A stretch of DNA of 64,000 nucleotides from Flectonema sp. DT1601. Taxonomy: Eukaryota. Below the pieces are notes generated by a model that saw nothing but the letters and a program-made list of their open reading frames with translations, ran no database searches and was not told the DNA's origin. Where the stretch lies: NCBI GenBank assembly GCA_964019425.1, contig OZ025784.1, positions 1,426,001 through 1,490,000 of the forward strand. Reading direction: 5' to 3'. Below, piece after piece: positions 21,636-35,140 of this stretch (position 1 is its first letter; every line of letters begins with the position of its first letter). Both the position numbers and the translations under genes were made by a program.

Positions 21636-22283
21636 ATGGACAACGATGTTGATATCAGCAGGTCTATAGCTCACGAGAAAGCCGCTTTAAAGGCTCTTGA
21701 AAAAAACGCCATTGCCATTCTAAAAGAGAAAGATGTGGTAGCTAAAAGGTGCTCCTCAACATGGGCGTGGATTAATTTCATTAGAACTGTTGGAGGAGAT
21801 CTGAGCGAAGGGGAGCTGCTACTGCTGACCCCAGACACGATGCTGTCGGTGATCACGCACTGCGGCTTTGCCGGAATAGAGAAAGATGAGATATACGCGT
21901 TTTGGTTAAAGATGCGAATTGAAGAACCGAATGAAATTCCGCAGCCCTCTGCCACGAACACTGAACAACTTTCTGTTGATGAGAAGATTAAAAAGAAGGC
22001 GTCCGTTCAGATTCGCAAACCAACTTCGGCGTACGCAAATGAACGTCTTTTCCTGAAACAGATTGAAAGGTCAAAAATTTCGTCTCAACGACCCGTATCC
22101 ACAGCACCTCCCAGTCCAGATTCTTTGCCTGGCGAGCAGCAACTCCCTCCTGTGTGGGATAGCTCTTTCAAGACGACGTCCGTCATTCCTGACTTACCCC
22201 CACCATTTGCAGTTCCAAAAACAAAAGTAAAACCAAAAGTTGTAACGAGACTTGTCAGGAAACCTTCAAAAAAAACAAAATAA
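21636..22283 (+). CDS. Hypothetical protein (215 aa, Pro/Lys-rich C-terminus)
   Basis: Intact ORF preceded by ACTTTCCTTTAG. Confidence 0.7.
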   Translation: MDNDVDISRSIAHEKAALKALEKNAIAILKEKDVVAKRCSSTWAWINFIRTVGGDLSEGELLLLTPDTMLSVITHCGFAGIEKDEIYAFWLKMRIEEPNEIPQPSATNTEQLSVDEKIKKKASVQIRKPTSAYANERLFLKQIERSKISSQRPVSTAPPSPDSLPGEQQLPPVWDSSFKTTSVIPDLPPPFAVPKTKVKPKVVTRLVRKPSKKTK

Positions 22284-22740
22284 ATTAAAAACTTGCTACA
22301 CTGGTTCAGTACCGACTATTCTGTAAGGAGGTCGAAATCGGAACCTCATAATTCTCAAAAGTAATAAAACTGATAAAACTGGATACATAAAAAAAAAAAA
22401 AAAAAGGAACCTTAAACTTCTTGACTCAACAAACTGTAGTGTTGCCGCTGGCTTCATACAAGCGTGTGTAATTAGATTTCCTCCCGACAGTTGTGCATTG
22501 CTCTTCGTTTTAAATTGTTTTTTAAACAAAAAATAATATATTATTTATTCACTACAGCCAAGAAAGAACACGACCCGGCAATGCTATCAATCCCTTGTAT
22601 ACAATTATCTTAAAAAAAAGTCATTATTATTATTTTTTCCCCCCCTTTCTTCAGAAGTACTTGATATTAATTTTGTTTTTCTTTAATATCTAAAGTTGTT
22701 ACATTGTCAAAGTTTCACCCCCTTTCTTCAGAATAATAAG

Positions 22741-24608
<1,868 letters not shown>

Positions 24609-25037
24609 ATGATGGTAACATATTTCGGTTCACGAATCACTTGTCTCTGCAACCAGACACCAAAAAAATTGAGCTTCTGTTTTAAAAAGACAAAATATCC
24701 AATAATTTACGTTCTATTCATCAAGCTGTCATCTATGTGTGTAGTTAAGTTATTATATTTCTGGTTGGTTCTTAAAGTCATACTATTCTACAGGAAATAT
24801 GGTGTCATTGTCTTGAAGTCTGCTTATGTCCGCGACGCGTTTTTCATCATTCAACAGGAAAACGGGCTCCCCGGAATCGAACTCCAGAAGAAATTCTCTT
24901 CTTCTGACTCCGACTCGGGGAGCTGGAGGGAAGACTCTTTTTTGCATTCAAGCAATTCAAGAGTTACGAATATGTGTATCAAATTGTGTTCTGTGTGTAT
25001 TAATTATCTCATTTCACCAGTCCTGTTAGTTATAAAA

Positions 25038-27063
25038 ATGCTCTTTGCAGCGATCATTTTTTTGCTGGTTTCCGTCAATGCCAGCTGGCCATCTGAGGCT
25101 CCGTTTTGGCCGAAATATCCAACGAGAAAGCTTCAAGTTCTAGACGGGGAATGGAGCTTTGGATTTATGGAAAATGTTGACCTTGATAAAATAAATCCAA
25201 ATGATAAATCGTTAACAGCAAACACAACAACCGTACCCTCAGTGTTCGATAACGCTATCCCTGGTGTGCAGGGAAGACGTGGAACTGGTTTCTACAAAAC
25301 TACTATTCAGCCATTCACTTCAGGATCAAAGGGCAAGATAAGCTTTGCCGCATGCGGATTTTACTGCAAAATTTGGCTTGATGGTACGCTTCTAGGTATG
25401 TTACTGTTTTTTACTGGTGGCGATTGTTTTATTGTAGCACATAAATTATAAAACAGGCGATCACACTTCTGGAGGTTACAGTCAGTTCTGGTTAGACCTC
25501 CCTGGTACAAATAGCGACAAACCTCGAACTCTGTTTGTAGCAGCAGACAACAGGTTTAGTAAAGAAACGGCTCCTGTGTATACTGGAGGGGATTTTTGGC
25601 ACTTTGCAGGTATTTCGAGATCTGTGATGGTTCACGAGATTCCAAAGTCGGAAGTGTACCTCCAAAGGGTGGAGTTTTTTCCCCTTGACACGGAGGGCAC
25701 TGTTAATATAACTGTTGTGGTTCAAAGTGGAAGCAACGCAAGTGAAGTTTGTTTAAATTTCACTTTTGACGGGCAAGCTGGAGCACCAGTCTGTGTCGCA
25801 GTGCATTCCTTGTTTGGAAAAATTGGACACTACAACCTTCCTTGCAAGGCGACTTCATCTTGTAAGGTGTGGTCTTTTGATGACCCAAACTTGACTGAGG
25901 TAGTTGTTACTTCACAACACAGTCAGGATGCTATTCACACACGATTTGGTCTTCGTACAATCACTCGTACTGCTGGGAAAGATTCAACTCGATTAGCTGT
26001 TAATGGGTGTGTTATTACTATTTTGATTTAATTTATTGTTAAAGAAGTAGCCTTTGCTTTCACTGCTTTCTGTTCGGAAGACAAAATCAAACAAACAAAA
26101 AACAGTAAAATTACAAAGCTTAAAGGATACAATCGACACACTATGTACCCAGACACAGGTCTTGCTTTAACACAAGAGGAAAACGAAGCTGACATGAAAT
26201 TGATTAAAGAAGTTGGAGCTAACGTGGTTCGTGGAGCTCACTACCCCCAAGATCAGAGATGGTTGGATTTATGTGATGAGAATGGGGTTGCTATGTGGGA
26301 AGAATGTTTAGGACCGGGAGTCTCTTCTTCTGACATACACAGCAGTTGGTTTATGCAGAACCAACTTCAGCAAGCTGACGAAATGATTGCCGCTAGTGCC
26401 AACCATCCGAGTGTTTTCTTTTGGGGATTTTTTAACGAAGGCCCAACACACGACTCTTCATCTTGTGAGAATGGTTATAAAAAAATGGTTGAAAACATAC
26501 ATTCCCACGATATGACTCGTTTGGTAACATGGGCAGATGATAAGATAAACACTTCTCTTTGTCTGGACTACGCGGATTTAATATCTTTTAATAACTACCC
26601 AGGATGGTACGGAAAAGGAGGACCTTCAGACTGCGCAACTTTTTGGAATTCTCAAGCAAGTTGGGTTGCTAAACACCATCCTACTAAGCCATTCATGATC
26701 AGTGAAACGGGTGCTGGTGGTGTTTACGAATGGGCGAATAATGCATCGTCTGTTCGTTGGGGACAGGCATATCAGAATGAAGTCGTAAAAGCTGATGTTA
26801 TAGCTGCTTTAAATAACACACAAGTGTCATCAATAACCTTGTGGCAGTTGACGGATATCAAGGCAAACACAGAAGACACTGCCAAGTGTCCAAGTTGTGA
26901 TTATTTACCGGGGGTAGTCCCACCAACTTGTAGTTACATCGATGTTAGCTGCAGCAGACCAGGTGGTGAAAATCACAAGGGAGCTGTTGATTTCTGGAGG
27001 AGAAAAAAATTAACTTTTAGTACCGTCACGGAGTTATACCACAGCAATGAATTTAATGAGTAA
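25038..27063 (+). CDS. Signal-peptide-bearing GH2 beta-glucuronidase-like glycosidase, copy 1; exons 25038-25395, 25457-26006, 26106-27063
   Basis: Signal peptide; LDGEWSF, KGYNRH, RGAHYPQ, acid/base FNEG, YPGWY, nucleophile ISETG and NHKG motifs. Confidence 0.9.
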
Positions 27064-27815
27064 TGTTGTTGTTGTTTTTTTTCTTTTTTTGCAATTTTTC
27101 TTTTCCCATCATCAACGTGATCGTGCTGTACAGCAAATAAATATTTTTTTTTTCCCCTTCCCGTTATGTTTTCAGTAATCATGGAAACCTACATTGCGCG
27201 GGGGAAAAAAAAGAAAAAACGATGAGCTGTGCTCTTTCTCTCTATCTCTCTCCCTTTCTCTCTATGCTTGGTTTGGAATACACATTTTTGTGGCTACTTA
27301 TGTTCAAACTTTGACCCGATGTTCTGAGGTTTGGCTTGTTGCCAATCAAATGCGTTGTATTCCCTACTGAGCCTTATTCCACCCTAGAGGTGTTGGTTTC
27401 GACCCTGCGTTTCGAAGTACGCCAAGTAGTTTTCTGTTTTATTTACAACACTTATTGCGTCTTACGTTTGAAGAATTTCCCGCAGGGAACGATTGACATA
27501 TATTATTTTATTTTGTCAGGAAGGGGGGAGGGGGAAAAAAAAATAGGGATCCAAGTTGTCTGTGGTACTATGTTTCTGAAGTATGTGATTGTTATGGTTG
27601 AAAATTACTGAATAGAAATCAGGAATGTCCCCTGGAGAAAAGAACAAAGCAGAAGGTAAAAAAGATACCAGCGAAGATACAAACTGCAGTCTGTTCGGGG
27701 AGCTGGAGGGAAGACTCTCTTTTGCATTCAAGCAATTCAAGAGTTACGAATATGTGTATCAAATTGTGTTCCTTGTATTAATTATCTCATTTCACCAGTC
27801 CTGTTAGTTATAAAA

Positions 27816-29843
27816 ATGCGCTTTGCAGCGATCATTTTTTTGCTGGTTTCCGTCAATGCCAGCTGGCCATCTGAGGCTCCGTTTTGGCCGAAATATCCAA
27901 CGAGAAAGCTTCAAGTTCTAGACGGGGAATGGAGCTTTGGATTTATGGAAAATGTTGACCTTGATAAAATAAATCCAAATGATAAATCGTTAACAGCAAA
28001 CACAACAACCGTACCCTCAGTGTTCGATAACGCTATCCCTGGTGTGCAGGGAAGACGTGGAACTGGTTTCTACAAAACTACTATTCAGCCATTCACTTCA
28101 GGATCAAAGGGCAAGATAAGCTTTGCCGCATGCGGATTTTACTGCAAAATTTGGCTTGATGGTACGCTTCTAGGTATGTTACTGTTTTTTATACTGGTGG
28201 CGATTGTTTTATTGTAGCACATAAATTATAAAACAGGCGATCACACTTCTGGAGGTTACAGTCAGTTCTGGTTAGACCTCCCTGGTACAAATAGCGACAA
28301 ACCTCGAACTCTGTTTGTAGCAGCAGACAACAGGTTTAGTAACAAAACGGCTCCTGCGTACACTGGAGGGGATTTTTGGCACTTTGCAGGTATTTCGAGA
28401 TCTGTGATGGTTCACGAGATTCCAAAGTCGGAAGTGTACCTCCAAAGGGTGGAGTTTTTTCCCCTTGACACGGAGGGCACTGTTAATATAACTGTTGTGG
28501 TTCAAAGTGGAAGCAACGCAAGTGAAGTTTGTTTAAATTTCACTTTTGACGGGCAAGCTGGAGCACCAGTCTGTGTCGCAGTGCATTCCTTGTTTGGAAA
28601 AATTGGACACTACAACCTTCCTTGCAAGGCGACTTCATCTTGTAAGGTGTGGTCTTTTGATGACCCAAACTTGACTGAGGTAGTTGTTACTTCACAACAC
28701 AGTCAGGATGCTATTCACACACGATTTGGTCTTCGTACAATCACTCGTACTGCTGGGAAAGATTCAACTCGATTAGCTGTTAATGGGTGTGTTATTACTA
28801 TTTTGATTTAATTTATTGTTAAAGAAGTAGCCTTTGCTTTCACTGCTTTCTGTTCGGAAGACAAAATCAAACAAACAAAAAACAGTAAAATTACAAAGCT
28901 TAAAGGATACAATCGACACACTATGTACCCAGACACAGGTCTTGCTTTAACACAAGAGGAAACCGCAGCTGATATGAAATTGATTAAAGAAGTTGGAGCT
29001 AACGTGGTTCGTGGAGCTCACTACCCCCAAGATCAGAGATGGTTGGATTTATGTGATGAGAATGGAGTTGCTATGTGGGAAGAATGTTTAGGACCGGGAG
29101 TCTCTTCTTCTGACATACACAGCAGTTGGTTTATGCAGAACCAACTTCAGCAAGCTGACGAAATGATTGCCGCTAGTGCCAATCATCCGAGTGTTTTCTT
29201 TTGGGGATTTTTTAATGCAGGTCCGTCAGATGAAACTTCATCTTGTGAGAATGGTTATAAAAAAATGGTTGAAAACATACATTCCCACGATATGACTCGT
29301 TTGGTAACATGGGCAGATGATAGAAGAAACACTTCTATTTGTTTAGACTACGCAGATTTAGTATCTTTTAATTACTATCCAGGATGGTACGGACAAGGAG
29401 GACCTTCAGACTGCGCAACTTTTTGGAATTCTCAAGCAAGTTGGGTTGCTAAACACCATCCTACTAAGCCATTCATGATCAGTGAAACGGGTGCTGGTGG
29501 TGTTTACGAATGGGCGAATAATGCATCGTCTGTTCAGTGGGGACAGGCATATCAGAATGAAGTCGTAAAAGCTGATGTTATAGCTGCTTTAAATAACACA
29601 CAAGTGTCATCAATAACCTTGTGGCAGTTGACGGATACGAAGGCAGGCACAGAAGACACTGCCAAGTGTCCAAGTTGTGATTATTTACCGGGGGTAGTCC
29701 CACCAACTTGTGGTTACATCGATATTTACTGCCACAGACCAGGTGGTGAAAATCACAAAGGAGCTGTTGATTTCTGGAGGAGAAAAAAATTAACTTTTAG
29801 TACCGTCACGGAGTTATACCACAGCAATGAATTTAATGAGTAA
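27816..29843 (+). CDS. GH2 paralog, copy 2, acid/base Glu replaced by Ala; exons 27816-28173, 28237-28786, 28886-29843
   Basis: Intact frame; FFNAGP (GCA at 29217-29219) where copy 1 has FFNEGP. Confidence 0.88.
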
Positions 29844-30434
29844 TGTTGTTGTTTTTTTTTTTTTTTTGCAATTTTTCTTTTCCCATCATCAACGTGATCG
29901 TACAGCAAATAAATGTTTTATTTTTTTTCCCCCTTCCCGTTTTGTTTCCAGTATTCATGGAAACCTACATTTCGTGGGGGAAAAAAAAAAAAAAAAAACG
30001 ATGAGCTGTGCTCTTTCTCTCTCTCTCTATCTCTCTCTCTCTTTCTCTCTATGCTTGGTTTGGAATACACATTTTTGTGGCTACTCATGTTCAAACTTTG
30101 ACCCGATGTTCTGAGGTTTGGCTTGTTGCCAATCAAATGCGTTGTATTCCCTACTGAGCCTTATTCCACCCTAGAGGTGTTGGTTTCGACCCTGCGTTTC
30201 GAAATACGCCAAGTAGTTAGTACACCGAGTAGTTTTCTGTTTTATTTACAACATTTACTGCGTCTTACGTTTGAAGAATTTCCCGCGGGGAACGATTGAC
30301 ATAACATTGTTTTATTTTGTCAGGAAGGGGGGGGAGGGGAGAAAAAAAAATAGGAATCCAAGTTGTCTGTGGTACGATGTGTCTGAACTATGTGATTGTT
30401 ATGGTGTTGAAAATTACTATTTTCTCCCCCTTAG

Positions 30435-30548
30435 CCTCCAGTGGTATTATTTATTTATTTGAAGTCATTTACTACGCTGCCGCTGACAGTCTAAGATTGT
30501 CGGAGAAATTGTTCCTCTGAGCTTTAAAATGCAGTATCAAATTACCCC
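30435..30548. repeat. ~115-bp dispersed repeat, copy A
   Basis: Homologous to 40238-40354. Confidence 0.85.
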
Positions 30549-30766
30549 TTACAGCACATATGAGATTTTATCAAAACCAACTGTTGGTCTCTTTTCATTG
30601 CAACCAGGTTTGGCTGAACCCTATATTCGTTTTAGCCAGTTTCAAGTTGCTTTATATTTGATCATAGTATGAAGTTATCCTCCTTACAGCAAACACCTCT
30701 AAAAGATGGTGTAGCACACCGTTTGTTATTACCATCGGATATATAAATTAGTCAGGGGGGTGCGGG

Positions 30767-33293
30767 ATGGGGAAAAGTGACTTTTCTGAGTCCAAATGGG
30801 AGGTCGTTTACTTCCTCTCTGCTTACGGAGCGGTTTTTTATTTTGCCACTATTCTTTCATTCCCTGTACTGCACTTCTTTATGAAGGAAAGGAACACGTG
30901 GACACCTCTCAAAGTAAAACAAAAAGGATTGACTCAGTTGGGAGCAGTAGCTGGTGGACTTTGGTTTCTTCACAACTTATTAATGACACAGCTACCTGTA
31001 AGCACTCAGGATGATATACTGCCGCCGCATAGTTTTACTTGTTGGGTTCGTGACTTTTGGAAAACGGCTTCGATTTCTATTTTCGCAAACTCCATATTAG
31101 TTAAGCAATATAAATACTACGTTCGATACGTCTCACGAGATCAAGGTTTACCGACATATGTTTATTTATTACTTTCATCTATTCCGTACCTTCTTATGGT
31201 TTCACTACCTGTTTGGGATAGATACGACTCCTCTAAGAAGGTATGTACTGATCCACAAGCTGCTCAAGATGTTCTTTTTATTTGGACGTGTTTCGTTCTA
31301 ATTGGCTGTGTTGTACTTCTCCATACACTACGTGATACTGTAACGTATTTTCCTAACTTTCAAGGATCAATCTCTGAGGTAGGGGGTCTACTTGTAGTCA
31401 TCCTTGTCAGAGCGTTTGAGGTATGCAGTTATGTTATATTGTGGTGTGGAAACCGACAAAAAAAAAAAAAAAAAAATCACAGCTTTGGGCACCATGTGTG
31501 AATAACTTTTGCCCATCTGCATTCACTAAAACTACTATCACAAGCTTTGTATTGATAACGATTCCAAATGCTATTTACTGGGTAGTACTAGGACAGTATG
31601 TGTTTATTTATTATTATTTTTTTTTATTTGCGAAAAATTAAAATACAAAAATAACCAACCAACTAACCACTCAGAGTAATGTGGAAAGTTATATCTGGAG
31701 ATCAAGAATACTGTCGAGGATTGGAGAGGTTATGCTCACCAACAACACATTTGATAATAGCTGGGTCTGAAGAAGGAGAGGACTACGAAGATCCAAATCA
31801 GGATAGTGCTGAAGGTGATACCGTTTCAGCTTTTACATTCGCACCGAGAATGAGACCAAATTACGACAAAGGCTCAACTGGTGAGTTCTTCGAAACTGAC
31901 AGACTGGCTCGTCTTATCGACAGTGGTGATCGTGATGCAGTCAGAGGTTTCGTACTCGAGACTAATCTAGACCTCGTACATATTTTAGACAGAGATGGAT
32001 TAGCTCCACTTCATAGAGCAGTCCAAGGTGGGTTTGTTGATTTGGTTAGTTTTCTTCTTGAAATCAACTGCGATCCAAACCTACCATCTCGTGACGGAGA
32101 TCGAGCAATCCACTTCGCAGCCCGTTCTGAAAACGTTCAAATAATATCCATCCTACAGGCTGCTAACGCTGATGTCAACGCTGTCTCTCATAGAGGTGTC
32201 ACTCCACTTAACTATGCAGTTCTGTCAGGTTCGATTCCGGCAATAAACTTACTCTTAGATAAAGGAGCTCTACTCAGTATGCCTGGTGTAGAAGTCTTAG
32301 ATAAAGACGGTTGGGAACGTGTCCACGTAGTAGATGCTGGTAGAATGAGAAACCATTGGAAACAACCTTTAACTCTGGCAGTAGAAATGGGACTCGCAGA
32401 CATAACTGGCTGTATGATGAGATATGCAGGTCCTCTCGTTAATACTCCATGTGCTCATGGTCTTACCCTATTGATGACTGCTGTGGTGTTAGGAAATGAG
32501 GAAGTTGCTGATGTTCTGCTTCACAACGAAGCAGATATCTGGCGCATCAATCACCGAGACAAACGGAACGTCCTCCACTACAATGCGATGCAGGGGAATA
32601 CCACAATGTTTCAACTTATAAAGTATGTAGTGACATATCTTCATCACGTAGACGTCTACTTTGATGTAGGAATATACTAAAAAAAAACACTCCACAGAGA
32701 ATGGTATTTAAAAACTGAACCACCGAAGGCGCCTCCAGAATCTCCTCAGAAAGAAACGATCCCGTCAACTCCAAAAAGATGTCCAAGGTGTGTTTTTTAT
32801 AATGAGTACAAATAATAAAAAAAATTACATTCATAATGTAACACACAACAGAATTAACACTCCGACTTCAGAGCCTATGTCTCCGGGTGTTCAACTCGAC
32901 GACTCTGATTTTGGAGGCTCATGTTGCGATACAATAGAAGAGAGTTTAGAGTCGACGAGTGATATTATTATAAAGCCGCGTGATGTTTGGTTTGGACCAG
33001 CAGATCCTAAACAGCTACTTGCTGTCTTCCTTTCAATGCCTGATTGCATGGGAAGGACTCCTCTTCACTACGCTGTGTTGAAAGCAAACTATGATCTCGT
33101 CACGATGCTTTTAACGGAAGGGGCTAATGCCAAAGCCCGAGATTTACCTCGTCCAGAACGGGGTTGCTTGGGCGCGACACCTGCAGAATACGTTCAGCAA
33201 CTGCAAGGCTTACACGGAACTCCTGCTGAAAGAGCAAAATTTTATAAAGTATGGTTGGCCTTAAGAGATGGAGGAGCCATTGGCGACAAATAA
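30767..33293 (+). CDS. Multi-pass (about 7TM, GPCR-like) protein with C-terminal ankyrin repeats; exons 30767-31420, 31483-31595, 31675-32622, 32698-32787, 32852-33293
   Basis: Four GT-AG introns join the ORFs in frame. About seven hydrophobic helices are followed by ankyrin motifs GLAPLHRAV, GDRAIHFAA, GVTPLNYAV and GRTPLHYAV. Confidence 0.8.
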
Positions 33294-34199
33294 CCCGTTG
33301 GATGGTTCACTTTAGTAGCTGACAACACACCTGCCACTGTGCATGGATGTGTAAGGCAGCCTACTTTGGACTTCAAAAAGCCTGTCATTTCATTTTTTTT
33401 GAGCGCTCAATCTATACATTTACTCAAAAGAAGACTTGAGAGGTAGCTAATGTAAGCAAAACTGACAATAATCATTTTCTTGTCTAACCTTTTTTTTTTC
33501 CTGGAAACGAACAGTAGGACTCATGTTGATGTTTTCTCTTGGGTACCAGTCACTGGGTTCAGTGAAGTAAATTAATTTTTCATCACGAGTCGGTTTTCAA
33601 AACTAATTATAAAGAAGAGTGTCTTTTTTCTTTTTTTTACTTGTGCGTGTGTAACAGCTCGTAGATAACGTCGTCTCTGACAGACGTTTTCTTCTTCTTC
33701 CAACGCAACTTGCGGTCACTTAAGGAGGACAAGAACCTCAGAGACTTGATAATTGGTGAGGAATTATATTTCTTTTGAATTTTTTTTTCAATCCATAAAA
33801 AATGTGATCGGTTTTGTGTACGTAGCAAAATCGCTGGCTCCGCTGAAACCACAAGCGAGTTAGAACCGTGTTCCTTTTTTTTTTTTTTCCTTTCGGGAGA
33901 AGGGGGGAAAAAAAAAAAAAGAAAAAAACAGCGAACAACTCGTTGTCGAATTATTATTTTTGTGTTTCCTACCAATCGTGTGATCGTTATTTACATTTTT
34001 TCCCCCCCCATCTTTTTTTTTTTTTTTTGTTGTGTCATAAGGTGTTCGTTATTATTCGTGTTTCTGTTCTTGTATTTTCCCTCCCAAGAGAAGGGATGTT
34101 CATGAAGCAAAGTGGTTGTGGGATTTTCCCGTTTGTTGATTTGAATTTTGTTACGAGAGTGGATTTCGTATCCTTGTCGTTACTCATAGTTGAGTCTGC

Positions 34200-34234
<35 letters not shown>

Positions 34235-34458
34235 TACCAAAACTTCTCGGTTGGATACTACGGTTCGATCGCCCTTTTTAGGTTATGTACTACTTAAGTA
34301 TTAAAAAAAAAAAAAAAAAAAGGAGGTGTGGAGAATTTTTTTACGTTGTTTATATAATACAAAATAGTCTTTTTTAAAACAGTTGTGGTAAAAAAAATTG
34401 TGTTTTTTTTTTCTCTCTCCCTCTCCAGGTTAATTGAAATTTATGTGTTGTTGCACTT

Positions 34459-34665
34459 GGAGAGAATAGAAACAGAGAAAAGTTAAAAGGGATCGTAAAA
34501 GGTCTTCACTACCAACCAAAACCCGTCACAATAAAAGTTCGAATTGGATACGATGAGCGAAACCCAACTCTTCACACTTGGGTTGATCAAATCCACGAAT
34601 GGGGTGTCGAAGCAATCACAATCCATGGACGTAGCAAACGCCAACGTTACTCTCGTCTAACAGAT
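34459..34665 (+). pseudogene. Fragment of a tRNA-dihydrouridine synthase (DUS3-like)
   Basis: Translates to KLKGIVKGLHYQPKPVTIKVRIGYDERNP...WGVEAITIHGRSKRQRYSRLTD; no start codon or other exons nearby. Confidence 0.75.
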
Positions 34666-35140
34666 TTATGTGTTGTGTTGCACACAATAAATAGGAAAAA
34701 AAATCACAATAAACAAAACGTATTCTAATGTAATTATTTCTTTCCGATCGGAGTAATTAAAGAGTTCTGATAACTCGATTCCATACTGCACTGAATGACA
34801 ACACGGAAAAAGAGATGTGTATGCAGCTAAGTTAGAAATATTTATTATAATGTAAGGTATTTACGTCAATCGCAGAGTGTATACCTACACTAACATTACC
34901 TTTAGTCATCTGTATCTCAGAACTAATGTTAAATTATCGTTATGTTGTTTTTATGATACAATACATTTGTATTTTACGTACAAAATCGAACAGTTAAACA
35001 ACCTAATTATTTCTTTTCAATCAGAGTAATAAAAGAGTTCTGATGAGTGTTCATTGATAATAACTCGATTCCGTACTGCACTGAATGACAACACGGAAAC
35101 GGTACTCCAGCGTAATTATTTCTTTCAATCAGTGTAATAA

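Noticed and set aside
35035..35115. CTGATGA...GAAAC hammerhead or C/D snoRNA candidate
   Set aside because: Stem I cannot form, and the region is explained as a degenerate copy of the VPS52 start.
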